NCBI GenBank assembly: GCA_010093605.1
Contig: MU004182.1
Coordinates: forward strand, 1,769,032 to 1,833,031
Direction: 5' to 3'
Length of the DNA stretch: 64,000 nucleotides
Source: Lophium mytilinum
Lineage: Eukaryota
Shown one piece after another: positions 12,833 through 25,448 of this stretch; positions within the stretch are counted from its first letter, which is position 1, and the number at the start of each line of letters is the position of its first letter. The notes under the pieces were generated by a model. It ran no database searches. It was not told the origin of the DNA and worked only from the letters and a program-made list of their open reading frames with translations. A program made the position numbers and the translations under genes.

Positions 12833-13297
12833 CCCGGAGCTATAACCGTAGTTTTCCTACGGCGGCCTCACTTAGTCTTTATATTTCCAGTAAAGTTCGA
12901 ACCTCACATTCTACTAATTGCCCAGCAGCTCAGTTGGTCGGCCACACCGAGTGTAAGCCCGCGGCCGAACCCAGGCACTTTTACCTCGCGAGGTGGGTTT
13001 TACCCACCGTCGACAACCTCACCTAGGTTTAGTAGTTGGTCTCGAGTTCGATCCTCGCATCGCCCATTCTCGACTCGGCCTTTGGTGTTGAGAGCTGGCA
13101 GCATTCCTTAGAAAACCGGCTCGGACGGGGACATAGAGAGGTTTGGAAGCCGGTAAAGAGGACGTATGCAGTTGGTGCGTGAGGCTTAGAGTGGCCGGTG
13201 AAGATTCGATGGATTGAACAATTGTGGGCTCCGGACCTCCTGGATGGATTTAAAGAAACCTCTCCGAGGTGGCTACACCCTCTAACGAGGGTGGTGT
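12833..13297. ncRNA. Candidate structured non-coding RNA of unknown class
   Basis: Many local and nested long-range helices. A-box-like AGCTCAGTTGG at 12927 and T-arm/B-box CGAG-TTCGATC-CTCG at 13043-13057 on the + strand. No ORF. Confidence 0.45.
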
Positions 13298-13446
13298 TTT
13301 GCTCCTTAGATATTGTTTTTCTTTTACCCTATATATATTCTATGCGTCGCTCTAGGCCTATTTTGGTTAATTAGCATAGTATAAGCAGTGTTATAAGATA
13401 TTTATTGTGGTAATACTATATGCAACTTTATCGTCAACTTAAAACT

Positions 13447-15432
13447 TCAAACCGGCTCAGCACTCGTTAACGGCCTCTTTCCCTTCCCACTCACACTCTT
13501 CTCCACATCCTCGCTCCCCCTCTCCTCCGCCTCCCCTACCGTCTTACTCTCCACCATAATCGCCTCCTCCTCGACCTCCTCCCCGATACTCAGATTCAGC
13601 AAAATAGCGAGCAGCGCCGTGACCGCAAAGCCCGTCTCCATCACCAACACAATCGCATCATAAAAACCTTGCAAACTCTTATTGTCACCGTGGTACGTAA
13701 ACACATTGCTGAACCACGTCGGCACGAGCGTCGCGCCATAGCCCACCGACAGCGCGGCAGTCAGGATGAACCGATTTCGCCTCGAGAACGGCACACGGGC
13801 TACGATAGCCATACCAGACACGGCGACGGCGCAGAAGAGGAACGTCGTCATGCCACCAAGCACCGACGCGGGGATGGCAACGAGGCTGGCGGCGAATTTG
13901 GAGAAGATACCCATGATGAGGAGGAAGAGGCAGCAGCAGTATCCTGCCTTGCGGTTGGCGCAGCGGGTGAGCGCGATGACACCGTTGTTTTGCGCGAAGG
14001 TCGACATGGGGGTGATGGTGCACAGGGCCGCGAGGAGGCCGTTAAGGCCGTCGGCTAGGATGCCACCTTGAATCCGGGAGTCGAAGATGTCGCCTTCGAC
14101 TTCGAGCTGGGACACGTCGCAGGTGGCGGTGATATCACCGATGGCTTCACAGGCGCAGATGATGTAGATCGTGATCATGGGGAGAACGAGGGGCCCGTAG
14201 ACGGTGAGGGGGAAGGTGTGGACCCAGATGAAGGAGACGGCGGGGGCCTGAGGGGTGCTTCATTAGTGAGGGATTGAGACTAAGGGGGCAAAGGACGTAC
14301 GGAGTCGATGCCTGAGCGGTCGAAGTAGCCGCATGCGCCTGCAATGATGCAGCCTACTAAAAGGCCCATAATGACGGATGCGGATTTCATGATGGGAGAC
14401 CCGAAACGTTCCATGATCAGGATAGTTACGAATACTGAGAAACCGAGGCCTTACAAGCTGTTAGCTCTGAATGCTCAGTTGAGGTTCAAGAACGACATAC
14501 CGATATACTCCGCAGAACCCCAGGCTAAAGCATGCGGTGCCGCAATATTGGGGCATAGAGCAAAGAAGTCAACAGCAGTAGCAGGAACCGCGCAAGGTCC
14601 GCTTCCGCCAGCCCATCCCTCGAACCCAGTACCAATCAAGGACACGCCGATCAACATGACGGTCGGACCAGTGACGATGGGAGGGAAGATCTTTTGGAGA
14701 GTCTTAGGAGGGGCAAATGATAACAAGATTTCAACCAAGGCGCAGACTGCCGCAGTACCAAGGAGGGCGCCGTAAGCCTCTGGGCAAGGTAATTTGCTCC
14801 CGTCTTCGGCTACTTTGCAGTATCCGTTGGCATACATCTGCGAGAAACCTCCTGAAGCGACAGGAATGATGGCAAAGGAAGTTCCAACGACAGAAATGAG
14901 ACCAGTACCGATGTGATACTGTGACCTGTTAGTTACTTCTTCAGATATTTCGTCGAAACCCTTAAGTTCATCGTTTTGCTTTCTCATGGCAGTTGAATGG
15001 TAAGACTGAGAATAGACTCACGGGTGTCTTCATGATGTGAAACCTGGTTATCTGAATGCTCGATAGGATGCCGCAAACGATCAGTGCCGTAGAGACGAGA
15101 TATTGCTGCTGATCCGGTGCGAGGTTGACGCCTGCAGGGCCTCCGAGGATGAGTGACGGAGTTACAACTCCCGCCAGCATCGCGAGCGCGTGCTGTAACC
15201 CAAGTATAAGAGCCAAGAAGACTGGCATGCGGTCGTTCAAGCTGAAGAATGGAGGCGTGACACTTTTTCTACCCATGAAGGGAATATTGGGCATAAAGAG
15301 GTAGGCGTAGTCGTAGTTCCCGAGGAGCCCTTCTCTCGTGAAGAACGTTCTCTTCAGGATCCTGGTGTAGTATCCAAAGTTCTTCTTGGGGCCATGGTCA
15401 GGGCCAATGGTATTTGGTCCTTCGTCCGCCAT
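13447..15432 (-). CDS. Uric acid/xanthine permease, NAT/NCS2 family (UapA/UapC-like)
   Basis: LGLQHALAMLAG, ACEAIGD and NAT signature QNNGVIALTRCA. Multi-exon. Confidence 0.95.
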
Positions 15433-15902
15433 CGTGAGTGGTTCGGCTAGGCGAGAAGGAGGGGGGCAAGTTTCAATGGAAGAGGGTCAAACAACAATGT
15501 CTATGCTTCTGCTCTACCCCCTATAGAATCATGCTGGGTTTTATACATAGCTGCTCGAGCTCCAGAGCTTCATAGCTCTGCTGCAGCGACTTCGGCGACG
15601 GCCGCCCCAGTGGTTCGGTTGTCGCGAGACTCCGGCGCACTGGGGTCGAGCGGGCCAGTGCAGCCAGGAGGCCTTCTGTTCGCGTGGGTGAGAAGCAGTC
15701 CCACGCGCCTGCCCGGGCTTCTAAATGGCGGGAGCTGATATGCTCACGTGGTGTTGGGTGGACATGTTTGGTGATCAAGAAGATAAGGAACGGCGGTTGA
15801 CTCGTGAGAGGCCTGGAGCTGCTTCCAAACCGCCGGTTTTCCTTGCTTGTGATAAATACGCTAAAGACTACTCACCACGGGCCGGTGCGATATGCATGCA
15901 TG

Positions 15903-15916
15903 TCGGCCGTTTCCGA
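15903..15916. promoter_or_regulatory. UaY-type binding site TCGG-N6-CCGA
   Basis: TCGGCCGTTTCCGA is an exact match, in the divergent promoter. HGATAR sites lie at 15781 and 15850. Confidence 0.65.
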
Positions 15917-16356
15917 CGCCATGTTTGTTTGCTGGGCTCAGCTCCCCGGCTTCCCCAAGATCGTGAAGACTTCATCGCGACATTCTCGTGGCTGCAGTAT
16001 TCTAGATGCCGACAACTAAAAACAACTTCAACGAGGCGTCGCTGCGGGCAAATCGCTCTCACTGCACCGAAGCCTTCTCGCTTGTCATGGACTTAATTGG
16101 TGGAGCAAACTTACAGACTTCGTGAATGCGTCGCGAACCTCAAGTGCAGGTGGGTAAGCGGAGGTGCCCGCCACCCCACCGAAAAGAAGCATTTTCGCTG
16201 TAAGACTTTGATATTCGAATATAATGTCGTCGAACCTTGTCATTAGATGCAAATGATCTCTATCTATACATCCCTTGACAAATTGGTCGTTATTTTCGAT
16301 TTTTGTAGTGATATCATCATTTCATCTCTCCGTCACTGCGCTATCAAATTTTGAAA

Positions 16357-17809
16357 ATGTTGTACATCAACGCAACCGTCGTCACGGTCAATGCGAACCG
16401 TGATGTCTTTCTCAATGGTGCAATTCTCGTCTCTGGGAACCTGATTAAAGAAGTCGGTAGAACTGCCGACTTGCTGGAGAAGTATCCAGATGAGCAGACA
16501 CATGATCTCGCTGGTCACATTGTCATCCCTGGCCTGATATCAACACATATGCACACAGCTCAGACTCTTCTAAGGGGTACACGGACCCCTACTTATTCAT
16601 TCAACTGAGTTAGAGCTGACCAACCCTACAGGCGCCGCCGACGACCTCGAGCTAGTCTCCTGGCTCTGCGAACGCATCTGGGTCCTGCAAGGCAACTTCA
16701 CCCCAGAAGACGGCTACGCCGCCGCGCGCATCAGCATCGCCGAGATGCTCAAAACCGGCACCACCTGCTTCCTCGAGAGCATGTTCGCCAACCGCTACGG
16801 CTTCGACGGCCTCTGCAAAGCCGTCAGCGAGTCCGGCATCCGCGGCTGCCTAGGCAAGATAGTCATGGACATCGGCACCTACGCCAAAGACCCAAAATGG
16901 GCCATGCATCCAGGACTCGTCGAAGACCGCGAGGTGTCCCTCTTGGGCGCCCTTGATATGCACGAGAAGTGGGATAGGGCCGCCAACGACCGCATCCGCG
17001 TCTGGTTCGGTGCTCGCACCCCTGGCGGAGTCTCTGAGGCGCTGTATAAAGAGATGACGGCGCTTTCCCGCGAGAAAGACATCCCCATTACGATGCACTG
17101 CGCGGAGGTCAAGGCGGACCGGGAGTTCTTCGCCTCGCTGAGCCCGCCGCAGACGCCCATGTCGTTTTGCGAGAACGTGGGGCTGTTGGGCCCGAGCACG
17201 GTACTGGTTCATATGGTGCACTTGGATGATACGGATATCAAGAAGTTGGCGGAGACGAACACGCATGTGGCGCATTGCCCGACGTCGAATGCGAAGCTAG
17301 CGTCTGGCATCTGCCGTGTGCCGGATCTGTTGGACGCAGGTGTTAATGTGGGCTTGGGAACGGATGGCGCGCCTTGCAACAATACGAATGACTTGATGCA
17401 GGAGATGAAGCTTGCGGGGATTATTCATAAGGCCAAGTCGTATGATCCGACATTGGTACCTGCTGAGACGGTGCTGGAGATGGCGACTATCAATGGTGCT
17501 AAAGCTCTTGGTCTTGAAGACTCGATTGGGAGCATTGAGGTTGGGAAGAAGGCAGATTTCGTGGCTGTGGACATGAGAAAGGTTCATTTGCAGCCTTACT
17601 ACAACCCTGTCAGCGCCATTGTGTATTCGGCGACAGGGGGCGACGTCAAGCTGGTCGTTGTAGACGGCCAGATTGTGGTTGAGGATGGGAAGCTCAAAAC
17701 GATGGATGAAGAGGAGATATGGCAGGAAGGAGAGAAGCGTGGCCACCAGATCGCGGCGAGGGCTGGACTGGTTGATAAGGTAAAGGGAAGATGGCCACTA
17801 ATTTCTTGA
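16357..17809 (+). CDS. Metal-dependent amidohydrolase (AtzA/TRZ, MTA/SAH-deaminase-like)
   Basis: THMHT, MHCAE, VHMVH, HCPTSN, GTDG, GSIEVGKKADF. Intron 16577-16631. Confidence 0.9.
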
Positions 17810-18012
17810 ATTCTAAGGAGATGATTTTCTTCTTTCCTTTCCTCTTTCGTCACTTAAGATACCCATCAGCGCATGGCTACGGAGGCAGTACCCCGACCAA
17901 TTCACATTATTATGATACAACACTTAAAGGTGGTTTGCCTTGACGTCTAGGCAATTATCGCTAATCTTTTCGTCTATTCATGCAACATTCAGACCCCCAA
18001 AGGCCTTTTACT

Positions 18013-19945
18013 TTAATCATGCTTTACTGCGGGATCCCTATCCCTCGTAATCGCACTCCCCATCTCCTTTGGCTTTCCCCTACCCTCCCCTTTCTCCTCC
18101 AACGCCCTGTTTTCGACCTCCTCGAACCCCTTCAGCGCTTCTCCATACTTCTCCCAAACTCCCTCACGGTATCCATCTCCAATCTTCTTGACAAACCCCT
18201 CCTCGTTCCACCTTTCCTCTACAAATGCCTCGAAATCCTCCCCCTTTTCTGCCAGCCCGCTCCACGCAGCCTTGTACGCCGAGCCTAGTGCACAAGCATT
18301 TCCACCAATATCGAGCTTGAAGACTCCCTCTGCCCCTCCTAGGACCTCGCCAGCAAGCTGCGCGATGGCAGGGTTCGCAGCACCTCCACCGACTAGGTAG
18401 ATACGGCGAGGTTGCGGCGGGAGCTTTCCCTGTTTATGGACCAGGTTCTGGCTCCGAAGCCGCAGAGAGAGGAACTGAGACTCTAAGATAGCACGGGCGT
18501 CTGCTTCAGGAATGTCCCAGGAGGAGTCTTCTGTCTTTGTTCGGACTTCCTGTGGCGGGACAGCACTGAGGGAAGACGTTTTCGAGTCGAATAGGTACCG
18601 CCATATGCCTGCTTTGACATTGGGGACGATTTCTGGGCGCGGGAAGAAGAGCCCGAGTCGCATGGGAGACGATGACGATGTTTGGCCGAGCACGGGGGTC
18701 TCAGTGGCGGTTTTATTGAAGGTGTCCCAGCTCTTGGATTTGGAGTCGGAGGACTGGGAGTTCAGGGCATCTCGGATGTGCTCGCGCGCTAGGCCACCGT
18801 TCTTGTAGCAGAGCATGAACATGTAAAGACCTGCCGTTGCGGGGTGGTTCATGAAGTGGTATGCTGGATCTGGTTTGTATTGTGGTGTGGACATGAGGAA
18901 CGTTGTGGAAGTGCCCAGTGACACGATGGCATCCGACGCGCGGAGAGGGAGGGCTAGGATGGTAGACGGGTTGTCGCCGGTGAAGGGAACAATCGAGGTC
19001 GAAGGCGAGAAGTTGTAACGCTTGACGAAGTATGGGGATATATTCCCGAAACTCGCTCCACCATCTTCTGGGACATGGCCCAGCTTCGCCTTGAGGTCTG
19101 CCAGCCCTTTGTCTCCAGCTGCAAGAGCTAGAAGGTCCTCATGCCAGCCCCCTTTCTTGATGTCCCAGAGGTTCATACCGCACACATCCCCAATATCGAT
19201 AGGCGCGACCTTTCCGAGGAATATCGAGGCTAGGAATGATGACACGAGAGAGATTCTAGCCGTAGCCGCATAAGATTTGGGGTACTTCTGGCGAAATCGC
19301 ATGATCTGAGGACCACTGAAGCGCTGTAACACATCAGCATATGCTCAGATCCTACAGCATTCACACCTACATGATGTGCTTTACTCCCTGTAACCTCTGC
19401 CAACCTCTCCTGGCTCCCCAGCTTCCCGTCAAAAGCATCGCATTGCTCCTGGGTACTCGCGTCCTGCCAATTCGGGCTGTATGGATGGCTGAACGCGCTC
19501 TTCTTGCCCTCCAACTGCTCCAACAACGTCTTGCCCGCATCAAGCCCCTCGAGCAGCGTCTCGCCGTCTTTACTCCAGAACACAGTCCCATGCTGCATTC
19601 CCGCTCCTGATAGGCCCTTGACCTTTGAGAAATCGAGTCCTTGCTCTTTCAGCCGCTGAAGCACCAGGTCAATCGCGTCAAGCCACATGGCGACGGGTGC
19701 GAAGATCTCGCCCTCGGCTGGGTTTGTGAGAACGCCCTTTTCGATGCCATATTTAGAGAGGTCGGCATCGAAATCGACTTTTGCTTCGTAGGCAAGTTTG
19801 AGGTCGGCCTTCACGGCTATGCCTGGACAACACGGTGCGGTCAGTAAGTTGCACAATAGTGGGGTAGCTTGGAGCTTGAAGCGGGGCAGGACGGACCTTT
19901 CAATTGCTGGGTGCTGAGGTCGAAGCCCAGGTAGTATTCAGCCAT
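18013..19945 (-). CDS. XKS1: D-xylulose kinase (FGGY family)
   Basis: [44 protein letters not shown]. Two introns. Confidence 0.93.
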
Positions 19946-20018
19946 ATTCGGAGAGGTGGAGGAGGAGGCAGATCTGGGCTGAAAAAGGAGAGTTGAGGGG
20001 TGTCATGGGTGGTTTTGA

Positions 20019-20116
20019 CGGATAATTCATCACGCTATGAAGCTTAGAAAAAACATCGTGAGGTGTGACTGACGTTTCGCCGACGTCCTTATCCGGTAAT
20101 CCGTTCAGTTTATCCG
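20019..20116. promoter_or_regulatory. CGGNTAAW-type pentose-regulator (XlnR/AraR) motifs upstream of xylulokinase
   Basis: CGGATAAT at 20019-20026 (+), CGGATAAA at 20109-20116 (-), and a near match around 20088-20095. Confidence 0.45.
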
Positions 20117-20482
20117 CCAGTCGGGAACAGCGTGGGATGCTCAGCAGTCCCCGGCTTGATCCCGAGTGGTACCTCTCTTATCGATTCAACAGGGGAAATT
20201 TGATCGACGGAAACAATTTTCAATTGGATTGCTAACAAATCTAACCTTCGTAGTATTTCTCCATGCAAAGAATATCGAATACGACACTGCGTTCTTCCTA
20301 TACATGATGAACAGAGAACTGTATCTTCCATTTCGAGATGATCGAAAAGTACGCCATCCAGCCAAGCACAAGCTCCAGAGAATGTGCAAATCGCCCATGC
20401 AAATCACCAGTTCCGACCTTTCATACCCAAGAACTCCCAGAAGTTGGAGATGCGAGACGGGACAAATACATATGATACAAAT

Positions 20483-22063
20483 CTACTTTCTCTTAACCGC
20501 TTTGCCATTGCCGTTTGTATGTTCGTGTCCGTGCTCATGGTCATGATCATGGCTGTGATCGTGTTCGTGATCGTGGTCGTGGTTGTCCTCCGGGCTCGAC
20601 TGAGCACTGATATCCGGCCCGATGAACTCGTCCATGAAGTCTTGCGCATCGTCTTTCGTGACGAAGCGAACTCTGACCCTCTTCACGCCGCGCACTTTGG
20701 CGCCTAGTCGTTCCCGAACCAATTGCTCCACACCTTGTGTCTGCTGGACTGTCCAACTTGCGGGCACTGCTACTATAAGATCCATGAGGTAGTTCTGGCC
20801 GGCCTTCACGCCTTGCACAGAGCGGAGCTCGACGTTATTGGAAGCTGAGCCGATGTTCAAGGTGTCTAATGCCTTTGTAGCTGCCTTGGTGACATTTTCT
20901 CGCATTTCGTCGTCGATGCCGACATCAGATAGCTCGAAGAAAGCGGCCTTGGTGTTACCCCAGCCTGCTTGTATAACCATAAGGGAGATGACCAGACCGC
21001 CGACTGGGTCTAGCCAAGACGCGTTGTTCAGGACATTCGAACCGGCAATGAGGAGGAGGGCAACGAATGCAGTGAGAGAGTCGACGCGGTGATGGTATGC
21101 GTTGGAGGCGAGGACGGAGGACTTTCGCTCTTTGGCGACCTTGAGGGCTGAAAGGAGGTGTTAGCACGGTCTGAAATGAAGGCACTGAACATTCTTACTC
21201 GCACGATATAGCCACTCCTTGATCAGAATCGAACCACCTGCTAGCCATGCGGCGTTGATGTTCGGTCCTAGGTCTGAATGGCTATGACTGTGTCCGTGAT
21301 GATCATGCCCTATCAGCCCCCAATGGGCAGCCTCATGCGCGATCTCGGGGAAGAACTGTTGGAGGAGGGCAACGATCGCGGCTTTGCCCATCAGCACTCC
21401 TCCTAAGAGCAGCAATCCGCTCACGCCTATAGACCCCAAGCTCTCAAACTTGCCGTATCCGCTAGGGAAGCGCTTCGAGGGCGGTTTCAGGGACAGCGAG
21501 ACAGTAGCCAGCGTCATGACATCGCTGACCATATCGGTGAGACTGTGGATGGCGTCCGCAGACAGTGCTGTTGGTATTTAGCTCTGCCCTGAAGTCGCGA
21601 GTATGTGGCCATATTCACCTTGGCTGTTGAAGACGTAGCCTCCGACTCCTTTGCTTATAGCCATCCCGAGGTTGACATAGAGCCCGATCCGCGTTATCCG
21701 CACGCCGGGGTCATTTTTGTTCTTGGAAACCAGATAGGTATTGTCGTGCGCATGGTGGTGGTGGCCGGCGTGGCCGCGAGACTGGGTTGTAGAGGTCATC
21801 GCGGAAGGGGAAATGTGTCGCATGCGATGGGCCGTCGAGGACCAATTGAGGAGCGTTGTTGGGTCTGTTGTGAGGCGGTGTTGGCCTTTTGTAGAGGTCC
21901 TGAGGACTCGAAGCTGCAGTGCGTGGAGGGACGGGGGGTGTGTCGCGGCGCAGGCGTGTGCTGGTGAAGGCAGTGAACGGGGCCCGTAATATAGCTGGCG
22001 GCCAGAAACCACGCGTCCGAAATGGCTGAAGAGGTGCACGCCATTGCTGTTGCGCAGTGACAT
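20483..22063 (-). CDS. Mitochondrial cation diffusion facilitator (Mmt1/Mmt2-like)
   Basis: Presequence-like N-terminus, GHAGHHHH, RITRIGLYVN, ADAIHSLTD, GYGKFESLG, NAYHHRVD, His-rich tail. Two introns. Start codon uncertain. Confidence 0.9.
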
Positions 22064-22872
22064 GAAGAGACGTCGAGCAGGGCGCTGGGGAGGAGGCCTG
22101 CGTCGTCTGAGGGCGGGCTTGGGCGAATCTCTCAATCTTGAAGTCTGATATAAAATGTAGAAAGCCGTGGGCCTCTCACGGGATCTTCCTCATGATCCGG
22201 CGGCACCACTAACTCACCACTCCACTCTACCAAGTTCCAGCACGCCCGCCGGCGATTCCTCGCTCCTTCGCGACCATGCTCCTCCGGTCCAATCACGCCC
22301 CTGCTATTACGATGCTGCTGCGACGCTGTTTACGACGCTTTATTCTATGCTTGTATATACGCGTGGACCTGAGTGTAATTTTGACTTTCTCTACGCAGGC
22401 TGATATGATGCTACTGGCGGCATGGTGTTCGATAGGTGCGAGAGGCTGTGAATGCCAGTCGACACTGCGCAGGACTTTGATAGATGATGCCAGTGATGTT
22501 CGTACTGCCCAAACAATCCAACGTATTCCCATTCTACTCGACGAGCTGACGTTGAAAGCAAGTTACGTGTGCCTAGTGATTTCATGCTGTACGGTGAGTT
22601 GGGTGCTTTTTTATTCTATTATCAAGACCTTGATATCAATATAGTGCTCGTTCCAAGCAAGGCCTCACTCGTGAATTCATCTCTTTACACGTGCTCACGA
22701 AATCACATCTAAATTTGACCAGTAGAAGTCCTGTTCATCATTCGGCTTTATATATTCACTTTGATTGATGCTAGAACCCTACCCCAATGCCCGCAGTCGT
22801 CCGAAGCTCTTCTAATTACACACGAAATGGTTATAACGCTATCTTAAACATGGCCGACACTCATGGTGCCAA

Positions 22873-24034
22873 TTAGAGCTTCGGTTTGGCAGCTTCTTCG
22901 GCGGGCTTGTCTATGCGTGCGAGTATCCAGTTGCCGACATCGTTGATGTAGTTCTCACCATCGGGCTTGGGTTCATCATTTACTGTATAGCTTCTGATCA
23001 GTATGAGCAAGAATAATTGCACGGAGAGAACTTACGCCTGTGATAGTAGCCCTCGTATGGCTTGAATTCCTTGTCATCAGCTTCCAGTTGGCTCGCCAGA
23101 TGTTTTGTCGCTGCAAAGCTGCAGATCCCATCCGCAGTTCCATGTGCAATCGAAATCCTCGTCACTCCTCCCTCGCCAGCCGCCTTTCCCACTCTAATCT
23201 TCCCACCCGATAGTGCCGCTGTGCGATCGAGCATTCCAGCAAGGCCCTCCAGCGTTCCGGTGTTGTGACACAGCGGATCGTCCCTGAAGGTCATTCCCAC
23301 TGTCTGGTCTCGGGATACTAGCTTCCAGTCCAGGGCATTAACCATCTGCCTCTTTGGCATCAGCTTGCCTACCAGTCTCCCTAGCACTACGGTGATAGAT
23401 GATGGTTTGCTTTTTGGGTCGAAGTCTACAAAGGGACTTTCGAGCAGGTATCCCCTGATATGCTTGCGGGTCTCGGCGGGGCCGTTGGCGGCGAAGCAAA
23501 GGACCTCCCCACCGCCCATCGAGTGGCCCATGAGAAATAGAGGCACGGGTGATGGGAGGACGGATTTTATGAAACAGTCAATGTCTGCGAGGACACGAGT
23601 GGTTGGGCCGCTGTCACCCTTTTCTGCGGGCTTGTGAACAGATCGTCCCCATCCTCTACGTTAAGAGGTCAGACTGACGGTTCGTAGCGGTAAGCTGGGG
23701 AAAGGACAAGTTTACCTTTGGTCAAATGAGTACACTTCGACTCCACGTGAAGCTAATGCCGGGAAGAATCCTCCGTATGTGTTGCCTGAAGTCATTAGTT
23801 TCTTAAGGTTTTTGTTGTCGTCTCACATAGTGTCACATGTCAATTACTTACAATGATCACTGAAACCATGTATGAATACAAGTCTCGCTACAGCTGGACC
23901 TGCTGTCTAAGAGCTGTATTAGGGACTAATCCGAGAGACAGAAAAAGGCAATCGACGGGCTTACACACTTTCCAAGTCTTTGTGTACAGCTTAAAGCCGT
24001 CATCGGTGGTGAAGGAACCTTCTTCAGTTGTCAT
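22873..24034 (-). CDS. Alpha/beta hydrolase, monoglyceride lipase (Yju3)-like
   Basis: DGFKLYTKTW, FDQRGWG, GHSMGG nucleophile elbow, HGTAD, ends AKPKL*. Multi-exon. Confidence 0.88.
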
Positions 24035-24282
24035 GTTGACGAAGTATGAAATCAAGTATTGTTCTGGTAACACAGATTTACAGACTAGAACTGAACAGGC
24101 ACGATTCGAGTCTAGGGTGTATACGCAAGGGAAGACGAGGTGAAAGAGATCAGCTCGAGCTGATGAAGGATGGCGAAGGTCAAAGCTCCAGTTCGGCTTG
24201 GCGCTAGAAGATGCCTACCTAGGTTTCGAGGTATCCCTGACGACACCACCTACCCACCACGGGAGGTTTTTGGACCTGTAAG

Positions 24283-25388
24283 ATGCCAATACGGGTCCGA
24301 ACAACTGTATTCGATGCCCTAAGATCGTACCAAGCGCTCAAAGCCCGTCCATTCAGCTTCAATATGGCTCAAACAAGGTCCGCAACAGGATACCTCAGCC
24401 ATGAAGAACGGACAGTAGCGGAAGTCAGAGATCCGAATCTTCATTCTGTCATTCTAGAGAGCATTGAACTTGTAAATGAAAGAATTCGATTGCTAAAACT
24501 AAGCGTCAAAGATCAGCGACGCGGAATTCAGGTATGTAGCACTGTCGCACGTCATACAAGTATTGATCGTGGAATTCTTCAGTGCAGTTTCTTCCTGGAC
24601 AATGGCTTGATGTGCATGTTCCCGGCTTGAAGAAGGCCGGAGGCTTCACAATCACTTCGACTCCAATGAACTCTAGGCCTCAGACGCCAGAATCCACTAC
24701 CGACGAATCCCGCTCTCCATACCTTGAACTTGCGGTACAAGATAGCCCCTCGAATCCTCCCGCCGCGTGGCTTTGGCGAGCGCCAGAGGAAATAATAGGC
24801 AGGGAACTGAAGGTGCGCGCTGGAGGCAGTTTTGTCTGGCCGCCGCCTGGAATCAATCTCGACCAGGTCAAACGCGTGGTCTTCATCGCTGGAGGCGTTG
24901 GAATAAAGTGAGAACAATTACATTGCCCGGAGTGGCCCTGGCTAAATGTTTGGTGACGCAGTCCACTGGTATCGATTCTGTCGCACATTCGCGAAAGCAA
25001 TGTACAACTGGACGAGCTCCGCTTTATCTATGCGACCAAGATATCAAAGCAGGACCCAAAAGAATCGGAGATACTCTTTCTACCAAGATTATTGGACAAC
25101 TTTAAATTGCCCCATACATCAAATGATGGGCCGCGAAAGGAGCGCCTCGACCTGTTCTTTACAGGACACCAGGGTAACTTAGAACTTGCTAAAGATCTTC
25201 CACCACAAACTCAATTTCGGCGACTCGGCGATCGCGATATTGAGGAAGCCGCTGGAACTGTACAGGAGAAACAATCTTCGCTTTTCTACGTATGCGGCCC
25301 CCCGACCATGACGGACCATATCGTCGACTTTCTGAAGAAGCAGGACTCCGTGCGTCCTGACCACGTGCTCTGTGAAAAGTGGTGGTGA
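24283..25388 (+). CDS. FAD/NAD(P)-binding oxidoreductase (FNR-like, OXNAD1-like)
   Basis: FLPGQWLDV, GGFTITS, FIAGGVGINP (spliced), YVCGPP, CEKWW*. Two introns. The start could instead be 24364. Confidence 0.88.
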
Positions 25389-25401
25389 TCTCTGGTGCGA
25401 T

Positions 25402-25448
25402 GTGTTGATTGCAGGCTAATATCAGATGCTACGGCCTGCAATCAACAC
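25402..25448. repeat. Perfect 15-bp inverted repeat, 17-nt loop
   Basis: GTGTTGATTGCAGGC (25402-25416) / GCCTGCAATCAACAC (25434-25448). Confidence 0.9.

Noticed and set aside
12920..13066. Canonical tRNA gene
   Set aside because: No acceptor-stem pairing and no anticodon arm.
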